The notes beneath the pieces are model-generated. The model did no database searches. It was not told the origin of the DNA and saw nothing but the letters and a program-made list of their open reading frames with translations. A DNA stretch of 64,000 nt from assembly GCF_006345805.1 (NCBI RefSeq), contig NC_043017.1:18166001-18230000 (forward strand), in the 5' to 3' direction. The stretch is from Octopus sinensis. Taxonomy: Eukaryota. Positions within the stretch are counted from its first letter, which is position 1, and each line of letters starts with the position of its first letter. Shown here piece after piece: positions 49,636-63,121 of the stretch. Position numbers and translations under genes: made by a program.

Positions 49636-52290
49636 AAGGTCGTGTATTATAGTGCAGTCATTGTCTGGGTTGTAGCATGGCTCAGTTACTTCAGGACTTG
49701 CTGTTATAGTGCAAATGGATAAAAGAGAAAATTAGAGAGACAAAGAGAGTAAGAGTGGTGTGTGGAATGATATAATTTATTAAGTTTCATGGGAAAATGG
49801 AGACAGTTTTTGTACATCTAAGAAATACTGACAGTAACTTCATTATTATATTTTCTTTGATGCTACTAAATACTACCACACCCATCCACTAACAACCATA
49901 AAAAATATTTCAGCGATTTTTATTGAAAGTATTCACTTATAAATTTAGCACAAGGCCATGCTAGAAACACAATGCCTCAATACTGTGACAGATTTGAACA
50001 GTATATAAACATTCATTTCTTCCTCTTATTCTTTTTGTTTAAGCACATGGCTTAGCACGAGGTTATTATGTAAATACTTATCTATTCATGGCCCAATTAT
50101 ATATGTATGTATATGCACTTAACTTTGTGATAATCATTCATACATGTAGTCGCCAAGGCCACAGTTTCTTTTATGTTCATTCAGGTTAATGTTTTTGTAC
50201 ATTACCTGACAGCAGTAAATATTTATTAAGGCTGTATTTTTCTTAACTACCCAAGCACAGGTGTGGGTGTGTAACCACATAGTTTTCGGTGAAGTCATTC
50301 ATTGCATGACATCTTGTGTATGGTATGTATCTTCTACAATACACCCAGATTGATGAAAGCCTCATGAGTAGATTTTGTAGATACAAACTGAAAGAAGCCG
50401 TGTGTGTGTTACTGTATCCTTGCCTGAACATCAAGTGATAGTCATAAATGAGTGTCACGATCACGAAGGGGTATTCTTTGTGTCCAATCTTCCATGTCTG
50501 GTTTTAGGTTGGGTGGGGGACAAAATATTAGTTTTACTTGGAAGCAGGTGAGGGTTGGCAACAGGAAAGGCTTCTGGCCATAGAAAATCCGCTTTATGAA
50601 ATTCTGTCTGTTCCCTATGACCATGGAAAAATGGACATTAAACGATGATGATACCATTAAAATAAACCTGGTGGAATTGAACTGTTAATTGAGGATAAAG
50701 TGGATTGGTTTAGTGTCACCTTGTTCTGCCCTTTGGGGGAATTCTCGGCTCTCAACAGTAATTTGACAGAGCAATCAAGGTAGGTTATTGGTGCCTCTAT
50801 CTGGTCCCTCTATGTACTAGAAACAACTACCAAATCTCTCTCAAACAAAATCCTACTGTATAAAAAAATGAAAGACAAGGACAGGATGATCATGGCATGG
50901 TCATAGATCCGCTGTATCACTGTTGGCCTAGTCCTAAACACCTGTTTCTGTAAAGAAAGTAATGTTAGTCTCTACTGGGTTATTAAAATTGCTAGAAATA
51001 GCAGCCACCAAATCACATATTACTATTTCAAATAAAGAGAAAGAGAGAGAGACATTGGATTGTGTAGTTTGTGATGCAGAAATATGATAGAAGGAATATC
51101 TTTCAATCATCTGTTTGTTCTACCAAGGTTGAACAAGAACAACATTTTTTTTTTCCCATCAAGAGTGCAGTGGACTGACTGAATTGTTAGAGCATGGAGA
51201 AAATGCTTTGCAACATTGGTTCCAGCTCTTTGCATTCTGAGTTCAAATATTGACAAAAGTCAGTTTTGTCTTTCATCTCTCTGGGTTAGATAAAGTTTTC
51301 ATTACATTGACGCTTTATCTAACCAATGTTTACCCCTCAAAACCACTGGCATTATGCCCTAATTTGGTCAGCCAACATTGCTCCCCTAGGAGCATAGCCC
51401 TGGTTTCTCTGATATGTATATACCTCCCTGGATGGGACGCCAGTCCATCACAGGATTACTCCTTTTTGCCAGCTGAGTGAACTGGAACAACATGAAATGA
51501 AGAGTTTTGCTCAAGAACATAGTGCATTGCCTAGTCCAGGAATCGAAACCACAATCTTACAATCACGAGTCCAACACCCTAACCACTAAGCCATGTACCT
51601 TCACTTATGCCTAATTTAGAAATAATTATTTCATAACATACAAATTTAAAACCTTCAAAGTTGCTACAAATTCTGGGTCTCACATTTTCCATCATTCTCT
51701 CATTGTATCCTCATACACACACACACTCACTCACTCTCTCCCTCTCCCCCCCCCCCCTCTAGCTCACACCACAGCTTTGTCAGAAAGATCAGGCTTTCAC
51801 TTCAGCCCTCATCAGTTGGTAATTCTCTCAAAATGCCAAAAACCGCAACACTGGAACACATCTTCCATGTATGGGATGGTGGTATTGTGGTTGCTTGATG
51901 ACACAAATGTCACACGCCCGTGTCCATAAAGAGACCCTCAGACTGAGTTATAAACAGTAGGCAACACATTACATCCCCTAATTCTCCCATATTCTTGTGT
52001 CTCCTCTTTGTCTTTTCTACCATTACTATATATTCGCTACTTTAACCAAGCTGGTATTTTGGTACCTTTATTTATTTGTGTATATATACTTTTTTTATTT
52101 GTTTTGAGTCATTTGACTGCGGCCATGCTGGAGCACTGCCTTTAGCACCGTCAAACAAATTGACCCCAGGACTTATTCTTAGTAAGCCTAGTACTTATTC
52201 TATCAGTCTCTTGTGCTGCACTGCTAAGTTACGGGGACGTAAACACATTAACAAGCAATGGTGTGAAGACAAAAACAGAGACACAAATAC

Positions 52291-52335
<45 letters not shown>

Positions 52336-54000
52336 TTGTGAAATAGAAAGATGAATAATCTTGTTGCAGATTAATATATATATATGATGATGATGATGAT
52401 GATGATGTATATGTATATATATATGTATGTATGTATGTATCTATATGATGGGTTTCTTTCAGTTTCCATCTACCAAATTCACTCACAAGGCTTTGGTCAG
52501 ACGAGGCTATAGTAGAAGACACTTGCCCAATGTGCCATGCAATAAGACTGAACTTGGAGCCATGTGGTTCGTAAGTAAGCTCCTTACCACACAGCCACGT
52601 CGAGCCACATATAAAGCACCTGTGCCAGTGCTACATAAAAGACTCCCCAGTAAACTCTGAAGTGGTTGGTGCTAGGAAGGGCATCCAGCCATAGCAAGCA
52701 AGCCAAAACAGATAATTGGAGCCTGGCGCAGCTCTCTGGCTAGCAAGCTCTTGTCAAACCATCCAACCATGCCAAAATGAATGTTAAGTAGCAATAATGA
52801 TGGTATGTGTGTTAATGTTTGTGTTTTGTGTTGTTGGCTTTTAACATGACTGACTTGGGTTTTAGTGCGTTCTCATGCTCCATTTAATGATCAAGGAGTA
52901 TTATTTGTGATTTGTAAGTGCTGAATATAATGAGCCCAATTGTCGTCATCACATACGTTAACAAACGCCTGATATAACATTGTTAAACAACTCTGGCACA
53001 ACTTCCTCCCCACCCACCCCCGTCTCTCAATTTCCAAAGCTAAGTTGTTGTTGTTGTTGTTGTTTGCTGTTGTTGTTTGTTGTTGTTGTTCAGCCCTAGG
53101 TCAGTACTTATTGAGTAGATCTATGATCAAAAACCAAGTTATAACCATTCTGTATTTGCATCCAATGTGTCCTTCCGTTCTTTTTTTTTATGATGACAGT
53201 GTACTTTAAGGGAGATTTAACTAATGTTTTTAACTGCTCAAGCAACCACATAGAAGCTCTCATTGTCTTGGTAAAAACACCTTCATTTGCTTGCAATTAA
53301 ATTAAATCAAATGTAACAAAATAGTGAAGGCACGTGGCTCAGTGGTTAGGGTATTGCTCTCACAACTGTAAGATCATGGTTTCAATTCCTGGATCAGGCA
53401 GTGCATTGTGTTTTTGAACACAACACTTCATTTCCCATTGCTCTGGTCCACTCAGCTGTAAATGAATTTCAGCAATAGTTGGGAAATTAACCCTATGATG
53501 GACCAGCATCCTATCCAGGGGTGGTGGTATTGTAATCTTTGTCACATATACGCCATGCAAACTGGATTAAGTTTCAGCCTTTTGAATTTTAGGGCTCCTG
53601 AAAGACCTATGCTAAGAAGTGTAGCACCAATATTTTATTTAACACTTTTGTTATGATATTGCTGTCAAAATAAACCTCCATTGTGTCAAATAATTTTGAA
53701 AATAATGAAATATTTAGGAAAACAACTCTGTCTATAACAATTGCAGCGTGGAAGGTGTTTATAAGCCATTTAAGAAACACACAAAAGCCGTTCGATTCAC
53801 TTCAACATTTAAGTTTAATTTGTCAAAATATTTTTGTCGCTAAAATCCACGACCTGTTCACTGACAAAAATCCGTGCTGCATCTGAGAAAGTAACAGTTA
53901 GTTCGTCATATATATGTACGTATGTATGTGTGTATGTATGCATACATGTGTGTATGTATGTACGTATGCATGTACGTACATACGCCTGTGTATGCATGTA

Positions 54001-54179
54001 TGCTGAAGCATGGAATAAACTGCCTGCGTCAGTTGTTGACTGCCATGACACTGCATCCTTTAAGGCCCTCATGCTTTCCGAAATCCGCCGAAACTACACC
54101 TGATTATATATACACTTTAGATGAGTTGTAGTGCACCTGAGCACTGTACACAATTATTATTATTATTATTATTATTATT
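54001..54179 (+). mobile_element. Heavily 5'-truncated CR1 copy with an (ATT)n tail
   Basis: Two differences by eye from 57146-57323. Confidence 0.9.
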
Positions 54180-55039
54180 TTTTTTATGTATGTATGTATA
54201 AGCTGCTATTTTGATTATAAATTGGCTTGAAATTTTAATGAAGTGTTTTAATTTAGAACATAAGCAGAAAATTTGTATCACAGAACCAGAGTGGTCTCAG
54301 TTGGGTTGGTATAAAAAGGGTTAACTTCTGTTTGCTTCGAGAAGTTACACAACCTGAGATGTTTATTTAGAAATTAAAAACAAGATTGTATTATGGTAGA
54401 GTCACATTGTTCAGTTAACCACACTTCACATTGATTTTCGAGTCATACAGCTGTCACACATCTCAACGGAGCCAATAAAATATACATCTACACATACATG
54501 GTCTAACACCATGGAAACTTACACACCACACACTAACATTATGAAATTATATATGCATATCATCACTACATGAAATTATTTCATAAAACACACACAAGCA
54601 CACACACAAACACACCTACGCATGTGTTTGGAGAAAATGTGCCAATCAAGAGTTTGTTTGATATTGATGAGTCACTTTGTCACCACTGGGTGTCTTCTTT
54701 TGTTTAATTCTTTTCAAATGACACATGTTGGTGGGTGTGTATATATAAATAAATAGGGATACACATTCTATATAAACTGTACAAACACTGATGTATGAGT
54801 CATATGTGTGTGTATGTATGTATGTATGCATATATATATATATATATATATACATATAATAATAAATATTAGGGAATAAATCCAAAATTACAGGGAAAAA
54901 ATCAGATTTAGGATTAAATCCAATTTTATAGTAAAATATTATATAATATTAATTCGAGCATGTGTGTATATATAGTTTATTTTTATTTTGTTTTTTGTTT
55001 TTTGTACATCTTTAAATATGAGAACTTTAATAATAGGTT

Positions 55040-57323
55040 TTGCACTACGGAGGAACCTCGGTTATCAATTGCACTACGGAGGAACCTCTAGGTGACTCTG
55101 ATCATGCTATGATCATCGCCAATCTGGCTCTTGCGGCAACAAAACCTGAACCATCTCCATCTGCTTCCTTCGATTGGAAGAGAGCAGATTGGAACCTGTA
55201 CCACACTGAACTACAGCACCAAACTGGCGTGAATTCTACAACTCTGGAGATGTGAATACTATACTCCAGAGTATCCTGGACTCAATATGGGCAGCATGTG
55301 CAGCATCAGTGCCACGTAAACAAAAAAAGAAGAACCACCCCAAAAGGGCATTTGGGAAACTTCAGCGGTCCGACTTGCCAGGAGGGAACGTCGGACTGCT
55401 GAACGGGAATACAGGTTGCATAAATCAGACACCAACAGGAAGAAGCGGAATAAATCCTCCAACCATCTCAAGCAAGTGACAAAAAAAGCAGTGCTTGAAT
55501 TTGAACAGTGCATAGCAGCCAATCCTGACAGCAAGGTTTTCTGGAAATATGCACTCAAAGCAGAGACCTCACTCTCCAGTGGGCCCTCTTCGCAACCCTC
55601 ACACAAACAGATCACTGACGACCCCAAGGAATGTGCAGAACTCATTGCCGAGTGCTATGCAAACATATTCACTGTTGAAAGTCAAAATGTACCATCTTCA
55701 CCATCACTAACAGCAAACTCCATAACAACTATGGAATTTACACCTGCAATGCTGCGACGTCACCTTCAAAATAAGCGCAACTATGCCTCCCTGGTCTCGA
55801 TGGAGTTACATACCTGCTTCTCAAACGTGGCAGGCACTTCCTTTTACACCAGCTTTCTATTTTCTTCCAGTACTGTCTCAACAATGGTGCTACTCCGGAG
55901 CAGTGGAAAACTGCCAGTGTCATTCCTCTGTTCAAAAGGGCGACCGCACATCACCTGTCAACTATCGCCCAGTCAGTCTCACTAGCTGTATTGCAAAACT
56001 GATGGAATCGTGTGTCAGAGAAACACTCTGGAACTTCTGGAGCTCTCACAGTCTCATCCGACCCTCACAATATGGATTTGTCCCTAACTCCAGCTGCAGT
56101 GACCAGCTTGTCGAGTTCCTTGAGGACATTACTCAGATTACTGACAGTGGCTCATGGGTGGATGTTGTCTACCTTGACTTTGCTAAGGCTTTCAACTCTG
56201 TGCCACACAAAAGGCTTATGGTGAAACTCTCTGCAATGAGTGTGGGGGATGACCTTTTTAACTGGTTGAAATCCTTCATCCTCAGCCGAAAGGAGGTAGT
56301 CACAGTTCTAGGACAGCACTCTACACCATATGAGATGTCATCGGGTGTACCACAGGGATCTGTCCTTGGTCCCCTCTTGTTTGTGGCATACATTAACGAC
56401 ATAGATGCAAATTTAAAGAATGCCACAGTATTGAAATATGCAGACGACATCAAGCTGTACCTTGAAATCAAGAGGACAAATCCTGATGTCTACAACTCTT
56501 TCCTGCAATCAGACCTAGACACAATGCAGCAATGGATCACAGACTGGCAACTGAAACTGGCTGTGGACAAGTGTACCACCATGCATTTTGGGAGAAAAAA
56601 CCCTGCGTTCACATACTCCCTCCACACAACATGATATCAAGAAATCCTCTTGCGAGCGTGACCTAGGCATCACTGTCAGCAGTGATTTGTGTTGGTCAAA
56701 GCATATCTCTAAGATTGTCAGGAAGGCCGAGGGTGTCTTGGCATCACTCAGCAGGTCTTTTGTTAGCCGCTCTCCAGCCATCTATTTAAAACTGTATACA
56801 GCTATGGTACGACCACACTTGGAATTCGCATCATCAGTTTGGAACCCCTATCTTGCACAGAACATTGACCTCCTGGAATCTGTCCAGAGACGTGCAACCA
56901 AACGCATACCCTCCATAGACACCTACCATATTCTGAGCGCCTTGTTTCCCTGGGCATGGATTCACTGAAGCTCCGGCGTTTGGCGACGGACTTGGTAAAC
57001 ACCCACAAGTTATCAACCACCTCACCAACAACAACACTGAACACCTTTTTGATCTCCATGTGTCTAACACACGTGGACATGCCTACAAAGTCAGAAAACA
57101 ATACAGCTCCATGACTTTCGGAAACATTTTTTCACGCTCAGAGTTGCTGAAGCATGGAATAAACTGCCTGCGTCAGTTGTTGACTGCCATGACACTGCAT
57201 CTTTTAAGGCCCTCATGCTTTCCGAAATCCGCCGAAACTACACCTGATTATATATACACTTAGATGAGTTGTAGTGCACCTGAGCACTGTACACAATTAT
57301 TATTATTATTATTATTATTATTA
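55040..57323 (+). mobile_element. CR1-clade LINE, 5'-truncated ORF2 (APE end, RT, C-terminus), frameshifted
   Basis: GDSDH, NYRPVSLTSCIAKLME, VYLDFAKAFNSVPH, SGVPQGSVLGPLLF, YADDIKL, RDLGI, VRPHLEFASSVWNP, ESVQRRATK; (ATT)n tail. Confidence 0.92.
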
Positions 57324-57455
57324 TAGGGTTTATTTTAGATTATATGTTGATAATATAGATTATATATAGATTTTATATATATTTATATTCTTTCATTGAT
57401 AAATTTATATTATTTTAAACTTATATTTAAAATATTGATATTTTTAGATCGGAAA

Positions 57456-57499
57456 TCACCTGATGAATGTCATTTGAAGACATGAAACAATTGTAGTGG
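57456..57499 (+). ncRNA. Minimal type-I hammerhead ribozyme motif, third copy (within repeat 57445-57600)
   Basis: UCAC-CUGAUGA-AUGUC[AUUUGAA]GACAU-GAA-ACA(AU)UGU-A-GUGG; stem II is fully paired over 5 bp. Confidence 0.75.
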
Positions 57500-57668
57500 C
57501 GATTTATTTACTTTATATTAAAATTTTTTATGTATTGATTAAGTCTTTCCTTGTTTGATTTGTAAAATAGTGGTTTTGTCTCGAATTAATATTATATATA
57601 TATACACACATATATATATATATAAGTTCAGCAAAAGTTTAGATTCAAAAGAATATGGTACTTAATTT

Positions 57669-57925
57669 GGTTGTTGGCATCCTTTCTGTCTCGGGAGACA
57701 ATGGAGTTGCGCACAAAGTAGTCTAGTCCGGCTTTTATATTTCATGTCCTGATACATTTCCTGCTGTGGCTGTGTAGTCCTATCCTGGACAAACACTCCC
57801 TCTGGCAGGTACCGCAAATGTAGCGAAGACTGTTCCTGGCTGGTTGTAGTGCCATAGTCTCTTGTTGACGTCTCTTCCTTTCTTTCCATTTCTCCTCTCT
57901 CTCTCTGTCACTCCTTTGTATTCCC
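57669..57925 (-). mobile_element. 5'-truncated BovB/RTE-type 3' end inserted into an unclassified repeat
   Basis: 10 bp TSD tacttaattt (57659-57668 / 57926-57935); minus strand YICGTCQRECLSRIGLHSHSRKC* and a ggatgccaacaac end; the empty site is seen at 3264-3275. Confidence 0.85.
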
Positions 57926-58062
57926 TACTTAATTTAGATGCACCAGAATTCTGTATGGTGTTATCCATAAAAATCCGTGGGGTGATTATAATCAAAATAA
58001 GCAACAAGAATGACTCCGGTAAATATTCCGGAGTTATTCTTGTTGCTCATTTTGAGTATGTG

Positions 58063-58118
<56 letters not shown>

Positions 58119-58538
58119 TGTATAGATGTACATGTATCTAAGTGCACGTATGTATTCATATATGTACATAAGTATATGCACACTCATACATACAAAGCCA
58201 GAAAATCATACAAAGTGAAATATATAATGCATATATATATTCTTTTACTTGTTTAAGTCACTTGACTGCAGCCATGTTGGAGCATCACCTTTAGTTGAAC
58301 AAATCAACCTCAAGACTTATTCTTTGTAAGCCTAGTACTTATTCTATCAGTTTCTTTTGTTGAACCACTAAGTTACAGGGATGTAAACTCACTGACATCG
58401 GACAAACACAGACACACAAATACATACATACATATGTATGTATTTCCATCTACCAAATCCACTCACAAGGCTTTGGTCGGCCTGAGACTATAGTAGAAGA
58501 CACTTGCCCAAAGTGCCACGCAGTGAGATGCCTGTGCC

Positions 58539-58571
<33 letters not shown>

Positions 58572-58749
58572 TGTAGGACACAGGAGTGGCTGGGTGGTAA
58601 GAAGCTTGCTTCCCAACCACATGGTTCCAGGTTCAGTCCCACTGCATTGCACTTTATGTAAGTGACTTAACCTACAACCTTGGGCTGAACAAAGCCTTGT
58701 GGATAGATTAGGTAGATAGAAACTAAAAGATGCCTGTTGTGTGTGTGTG

Positions 58750-58794
<45 letters not shown>

Positions 58795-59829
58795 CACTGC
58801 CAGATCAGACTGGAGCCTGGGGCAGCCCCTGGCTCCCCAGACCCCGGTCGAACCGTCCAACCCGTGCTAGCACGGAAAACGGACGTTAAACGATGATGAT
58901 GATGATGATAGGGAAAGTTTACGAAAATAAACAAAAGATGAAGGCAGGTGGTGTACAAACAAACAAATGTATTAGTATAGCGCTCAGGAATAGAAAAAGT
59001 CTTTTACATTTTGAGCCTACGCTCTTCTACAGAAAGATACACATAAAAAACAAGGAGAGAAAAAAAATGTTTGTAGTAGCTAACGATCTATCATATGTAT
59101 GTATGTATAATGTATATGTCTCTATGTGGCTGTGTTTGTCCACTCAACACTGCTTGACAAGCAGTGTTGGTGTGCTCACATCCCCATAACTTAATGGTTC
59201 AGCAAAAGAGACTGACGGAATATGTACTAGGTTTAAAAAGGGTTTTAGCCTATTTGTTTGTATGTATGTATATATATATATGTGTGTGGTGTGTGTGTGC
59301 AAAAGAGGGAGACAAGTGAGAGAACAACAGAATGTATTTGTTTGTATGTGTGGGTATGTACGACCTTATAAGTCTCATTAGACACAGTAATCTTGTTGGG
59401 GTTTTGGAGCTTTAATAGGACATCAGTGATACCAAAACACTTGTGGAATATGTATAGGATAAAAATATTGTACATTGTGTCGCCCTGTGGTAAGAAGCTT
59501 AGTTCCCAACCACATGGTTCTGGGCTCAGTCCCACTGCATAGTACCTTGGGCAGCCTGACCAAAACCTTGGAAACTGAAAGGAGCTTATCGCATATGTGT
59601 GTGTGTGTATGTATATATATATATATATATATAAAATGTAATAACTATGTGTATGTGACTTTGTGTCTGTGTTTGTCCTCCACCACTGCTTGACAACCAG
59701 TGTTGGTATGTTTACGTCCCTATAACTTAGTGGTTTGGCAAAACAGACTGATAGAATAAGTACTATGTTTAAAAAAAGTTCTAGGGTCGATTTGTTCAAC
59801 AAAAATCTATCAAGGTGGCACCCCAGCAT

Positions 59830-60087
59830 GGGTCTCTGTACTCAGCACTCACTTTGGGCCTCTGCACTCAATGCCATGCTCACTTTGGGCCTCTACACTC
59901 AACACTTGCCTTGGGCCTCTGCAATGCTAGGCTCGCTTTGGGCCTCTGCACTCAATGCCAGGCTTGTTTTGGGCCTCTGCACTCAACACTCACTTTGGGA
60001 CTCTGCAATTTAAGGCTTGCTTTGGGCCTCTACACTCATCACCAGGTTCACTTCAGACATCTGCACTCAATGCTGGGCTTGTTTTGG
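59830..60087. repeat. Minisatellite, ~9 units of 26-31 bp (gggcctctgcactcaa...)
   Basis: Seen directly. Confidence 0.9.
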
Positions 60088-61310
60088 ATGTCTTCTCTGG
60101 TCATGGAAAGGTCAATCTTTTGTTTTAAATTGACCTACTTTAGTTGCTAAACTTTATAAATATCTTAAGTAGAGGTTGGTCAGCCTTTTTTAATTATTTA
60201 TTTATTGTTTTTTCCGGTCACTACCTTTTATCAATAAGCATTCTTATGACAATACACAGTGTTATCTTCCTTTCTCCCCCTCTAGCTAGTCCTTTCTCCC
60301 CAATCAAGCTAACTCCTACATGCAAAGAATCCATGTGACCAGCAAGTTTTTCACTGCAGAAAACTAATAACATGTATACACAAAGAAATGACTCAACAAC
60401 ATTTTTTAAATTTCATATTGTAATGATTTTGGAATTAATTTTGGAAATAGTGAAGAATTTAGTAAGATAACTTTATCATTGTTAAGCTGATGTTTTAGAA
60501 CATAATTTAACATGAAAGTTTGATGGAAGGTTTTAATTTAGATCTCTTTAAAATTGTAAATTTGTATCTAAAACCAGGAATGGTTTCAGGCAGGCTGATA
60601 TCAAAAGGGTTCAGCAGATTTTATTTCCAGGTGAAGCTTATCCATTTTGTTACCATATTTCTTTTGAAATACATGGCTTTTATTTCAGTTAACCTTGAGA
60701 ACAAATTTGTCGTTATTAAGCTGGAATTCGGAATATAATTTTACATAAAATTTTGTTAGAGGGTTTTAATTAAGATCATTTTAAAATAGGAAGTTTGCTA
60801 TTAAAGAACCAAAAGTAATCTTAGGTGGGGTGGTACCTAAAGGGTTAGACTGATTCCAGTATTTGATTGGTTCTTATGAATAAATGAAAGGTAAACTTGA
60901 CATTGGTAGGATTTGATCTCAAAATGTAAAAGACTGTAACTCAACACAACAGCTGTTTGTCCTACCATCAATTAATTCTGCTAATCCCACCCTCATTTTT
61001 AAAAGTCGCTTTGATGTTATCTGGTGGTGTTTCAATAAACATGTCTGACCTAAATACTTCTTTAGTCAATTATTTAATTATTTACTTAAATGTCATGTCA
61101 TTAATTTACTGTAAATTTTCACTTCTCTGATTTAGCTATCTAGACTAGAATTAGTTTTCAGGATCCATTTCTAATCCCAATTCTCATCAACAGCCTCTTT
61201 CTGCACCATCAAACCTTCAAATGACCCTTTGAGAGACATGATGTACTTGCCATTCTATTGCCATAGAAGATGAAAATGGTTTTCTGGTCCTTTCATTCAA
61301 GTATGTTTAA

Positions 61311-61530
61311 CCCTTTAGTTACCAACCCGGCTGAAACCGACTCTGGCTCTGAGTACAAATATTTTGTTTTCATAAGTTTTGAGTTAAAATTTTCCACCAA
61401 AACTTAGTCACAATTTATGCTCCTAACACTAGTTTAATGATAACTAAGTTATTTTACTAAATTCTTTGTTATATTTAAAATAATTCAAAGAAGCACAGAG
61501 CATCTCAAAATAAATACAGTAATGAAAGGG
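61311..61530. mobile_element. piggyBac-type MITE, 220 bp
   Basis: TTAA TSD at 61307-61310 and 61531-61534; same family as 46710. Confidence 0.9.
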
Positions 61531-63038
61531 TTAACAAGACAGCATCTTGTCAAATATTGGCATGTTTGCCATCCCTGCCTTTCTTACCCGTTCTTGGTTC
61601 ACCCTTTCTTGGGTTACCCTTGCTTGTGTACCCATATCTGGTCTATTACTTCCTCAGAAGAAATACTGCCAAGCATTTAGTACAACATTCTGACAATTCA
61701 ACCAATCTACAGTCCAGGATTCAGAATTTATTTTGTCAAACCTTTAATGATGAAAGTCAAAGTTGATGATGGTGGGATATGACATTAGAATATAAAGAGT
61801 GAGAACAAATCTTACAAGGCATCTTGTGTGATGGTCTAACGTCTCTTTCAAAATGCCACTATCTCGAGCTGGCAGAAACGTTAGCATGCCGGGCGAAATG
61901 CGTAGCCGTATTTCGTCTGGCATTACGTTCTGAGTTCAAATTCCGCCAAGGTCGACTTTACCTTTCATCCTTTCGGGGTCAATAAATTAAGTACCAGTTA
62001 CGCACTGGGGTCGATATAACTGACTTAATCCGTTTGTCTGTCCTTGTTTGTCCCCTCTATGTTTAGCCCCTTGTGGGTAGTAAACAAATAACTATCTCAA
62101 GCCACTGACCTGTGACAATCTGAACATTTATAACAGCAACTGGTGATCCTTATCTTTCAGGAGGATCTAAAAATGACCAGTGAACTTCATTTTAAAATCA
62201 GTAGAACATGCCTCTTTCCTATAAGTTAACTCATGCAAGATTCTTAACCTACATTGTTTCTGGAGTAGAACACATTGAGCATTGGAGATAACATAATGGT
62301 CTGTCAGCAAACCTATCTGATGAGCCTGTTGCTTTGACTGTTTTCCTATCCTTAGTGGCTATTTTGATCATACAACAGCCCACTTCAACAGCAGTTCCCT
62401 CAGTTGGATGTACTAAGGGTAGTTCCCCTTTCTCCAACACGTTTTCCCCACCCAGCAACTCTCAAAATAGCATTTCTAAGCCACTTTCTCCTTGCTTGTG
62501 ACAATAAATGCATTACCATCATTATGAACCCACTTTTCTCCACCACCATTTGTATTTATCCTAACACACAATCTAGAATGCTTCATATCTATGATTGTCT
62601 CATCATAAGCATTGGCAATCCTCTTGCTTTGATTCTCTTCAAGCTATGGACATTTTTCACTTAGCTTGAGACAAATGTGTCTCTTGACTGTTGTTCTTTG
62701 ATGTCCTCACCCCCACCTTCCTGTCTTTTAGCTTTTATGAACTCAAAAAAACATTTGATGCCTCTCGTGAAGGCACAACTTCATTTGATGGATAAAAACA
62801 GACTAATGAATCACGTGAGTTGCCATAGCAATACTAAAGATTAAGTGTGATTAAAAAATTACTGTTGTTGTAGAACAAACCTACACTTATGACTGTGACC
62901 ATCCTGCGATACAAGGAGGATGGAAATTCTCACATTCAGGATGTCCTATTTTTAAACCAGATGTTATGGGTGATTTGGCAAATAAAGAGACTACTCATTT
63001 AAATTTTCAATTAAATAATTTTTTCTCCTTCTTTGCAG

Positions 63039-63121
63039 AACTTTCAAAAAGCAGTGACCAAGGATACACATTTTGTTGCAGCCTATGTGCAGATGGCTGC
63101 AATTTACTTGGAATATAACAT
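63039..63121 (+). CDS. NCF2: p67phox/NOXA1-like second coding exon: NFQKAVTKDTHFVAAYVQMAAIYLEYN
   Basis: Pyrimidine tract + ttgcAG acceptor, GTAAGT donor, 83 nt, phase 0 to 2. Aligns without gaps to recalled human [28 protein letters not shown], which I recall is also an 83 nt exon (c.175-257). Confidence 0.82.

Noticed and set aside
55783-56634. 283 aa ORF as a host gene or active LINE
   Set aside because: It is an RT segment of a 5'-truncated, multiply frameshifted CR1
59830-60087. CRISPR-like array (constant gggcctctgcactca plus variable segments)
   Set aside because: The variable parts are short and related to one another, the context is eukaryotic and there are no cas genes; it is a minisatellite
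62317-62345. Other CTGATGA words (also 12786, 25709, 29258) as hammerheads
   Set aside because: No stem II followed by GAAA, and no pairing stem I
62240-62700. Minus-strand ORF (MLGGENV...) as a nested antisense gene
   Set aside because: Interrupted by stops, with only a faint resemblance to a LINE linker region
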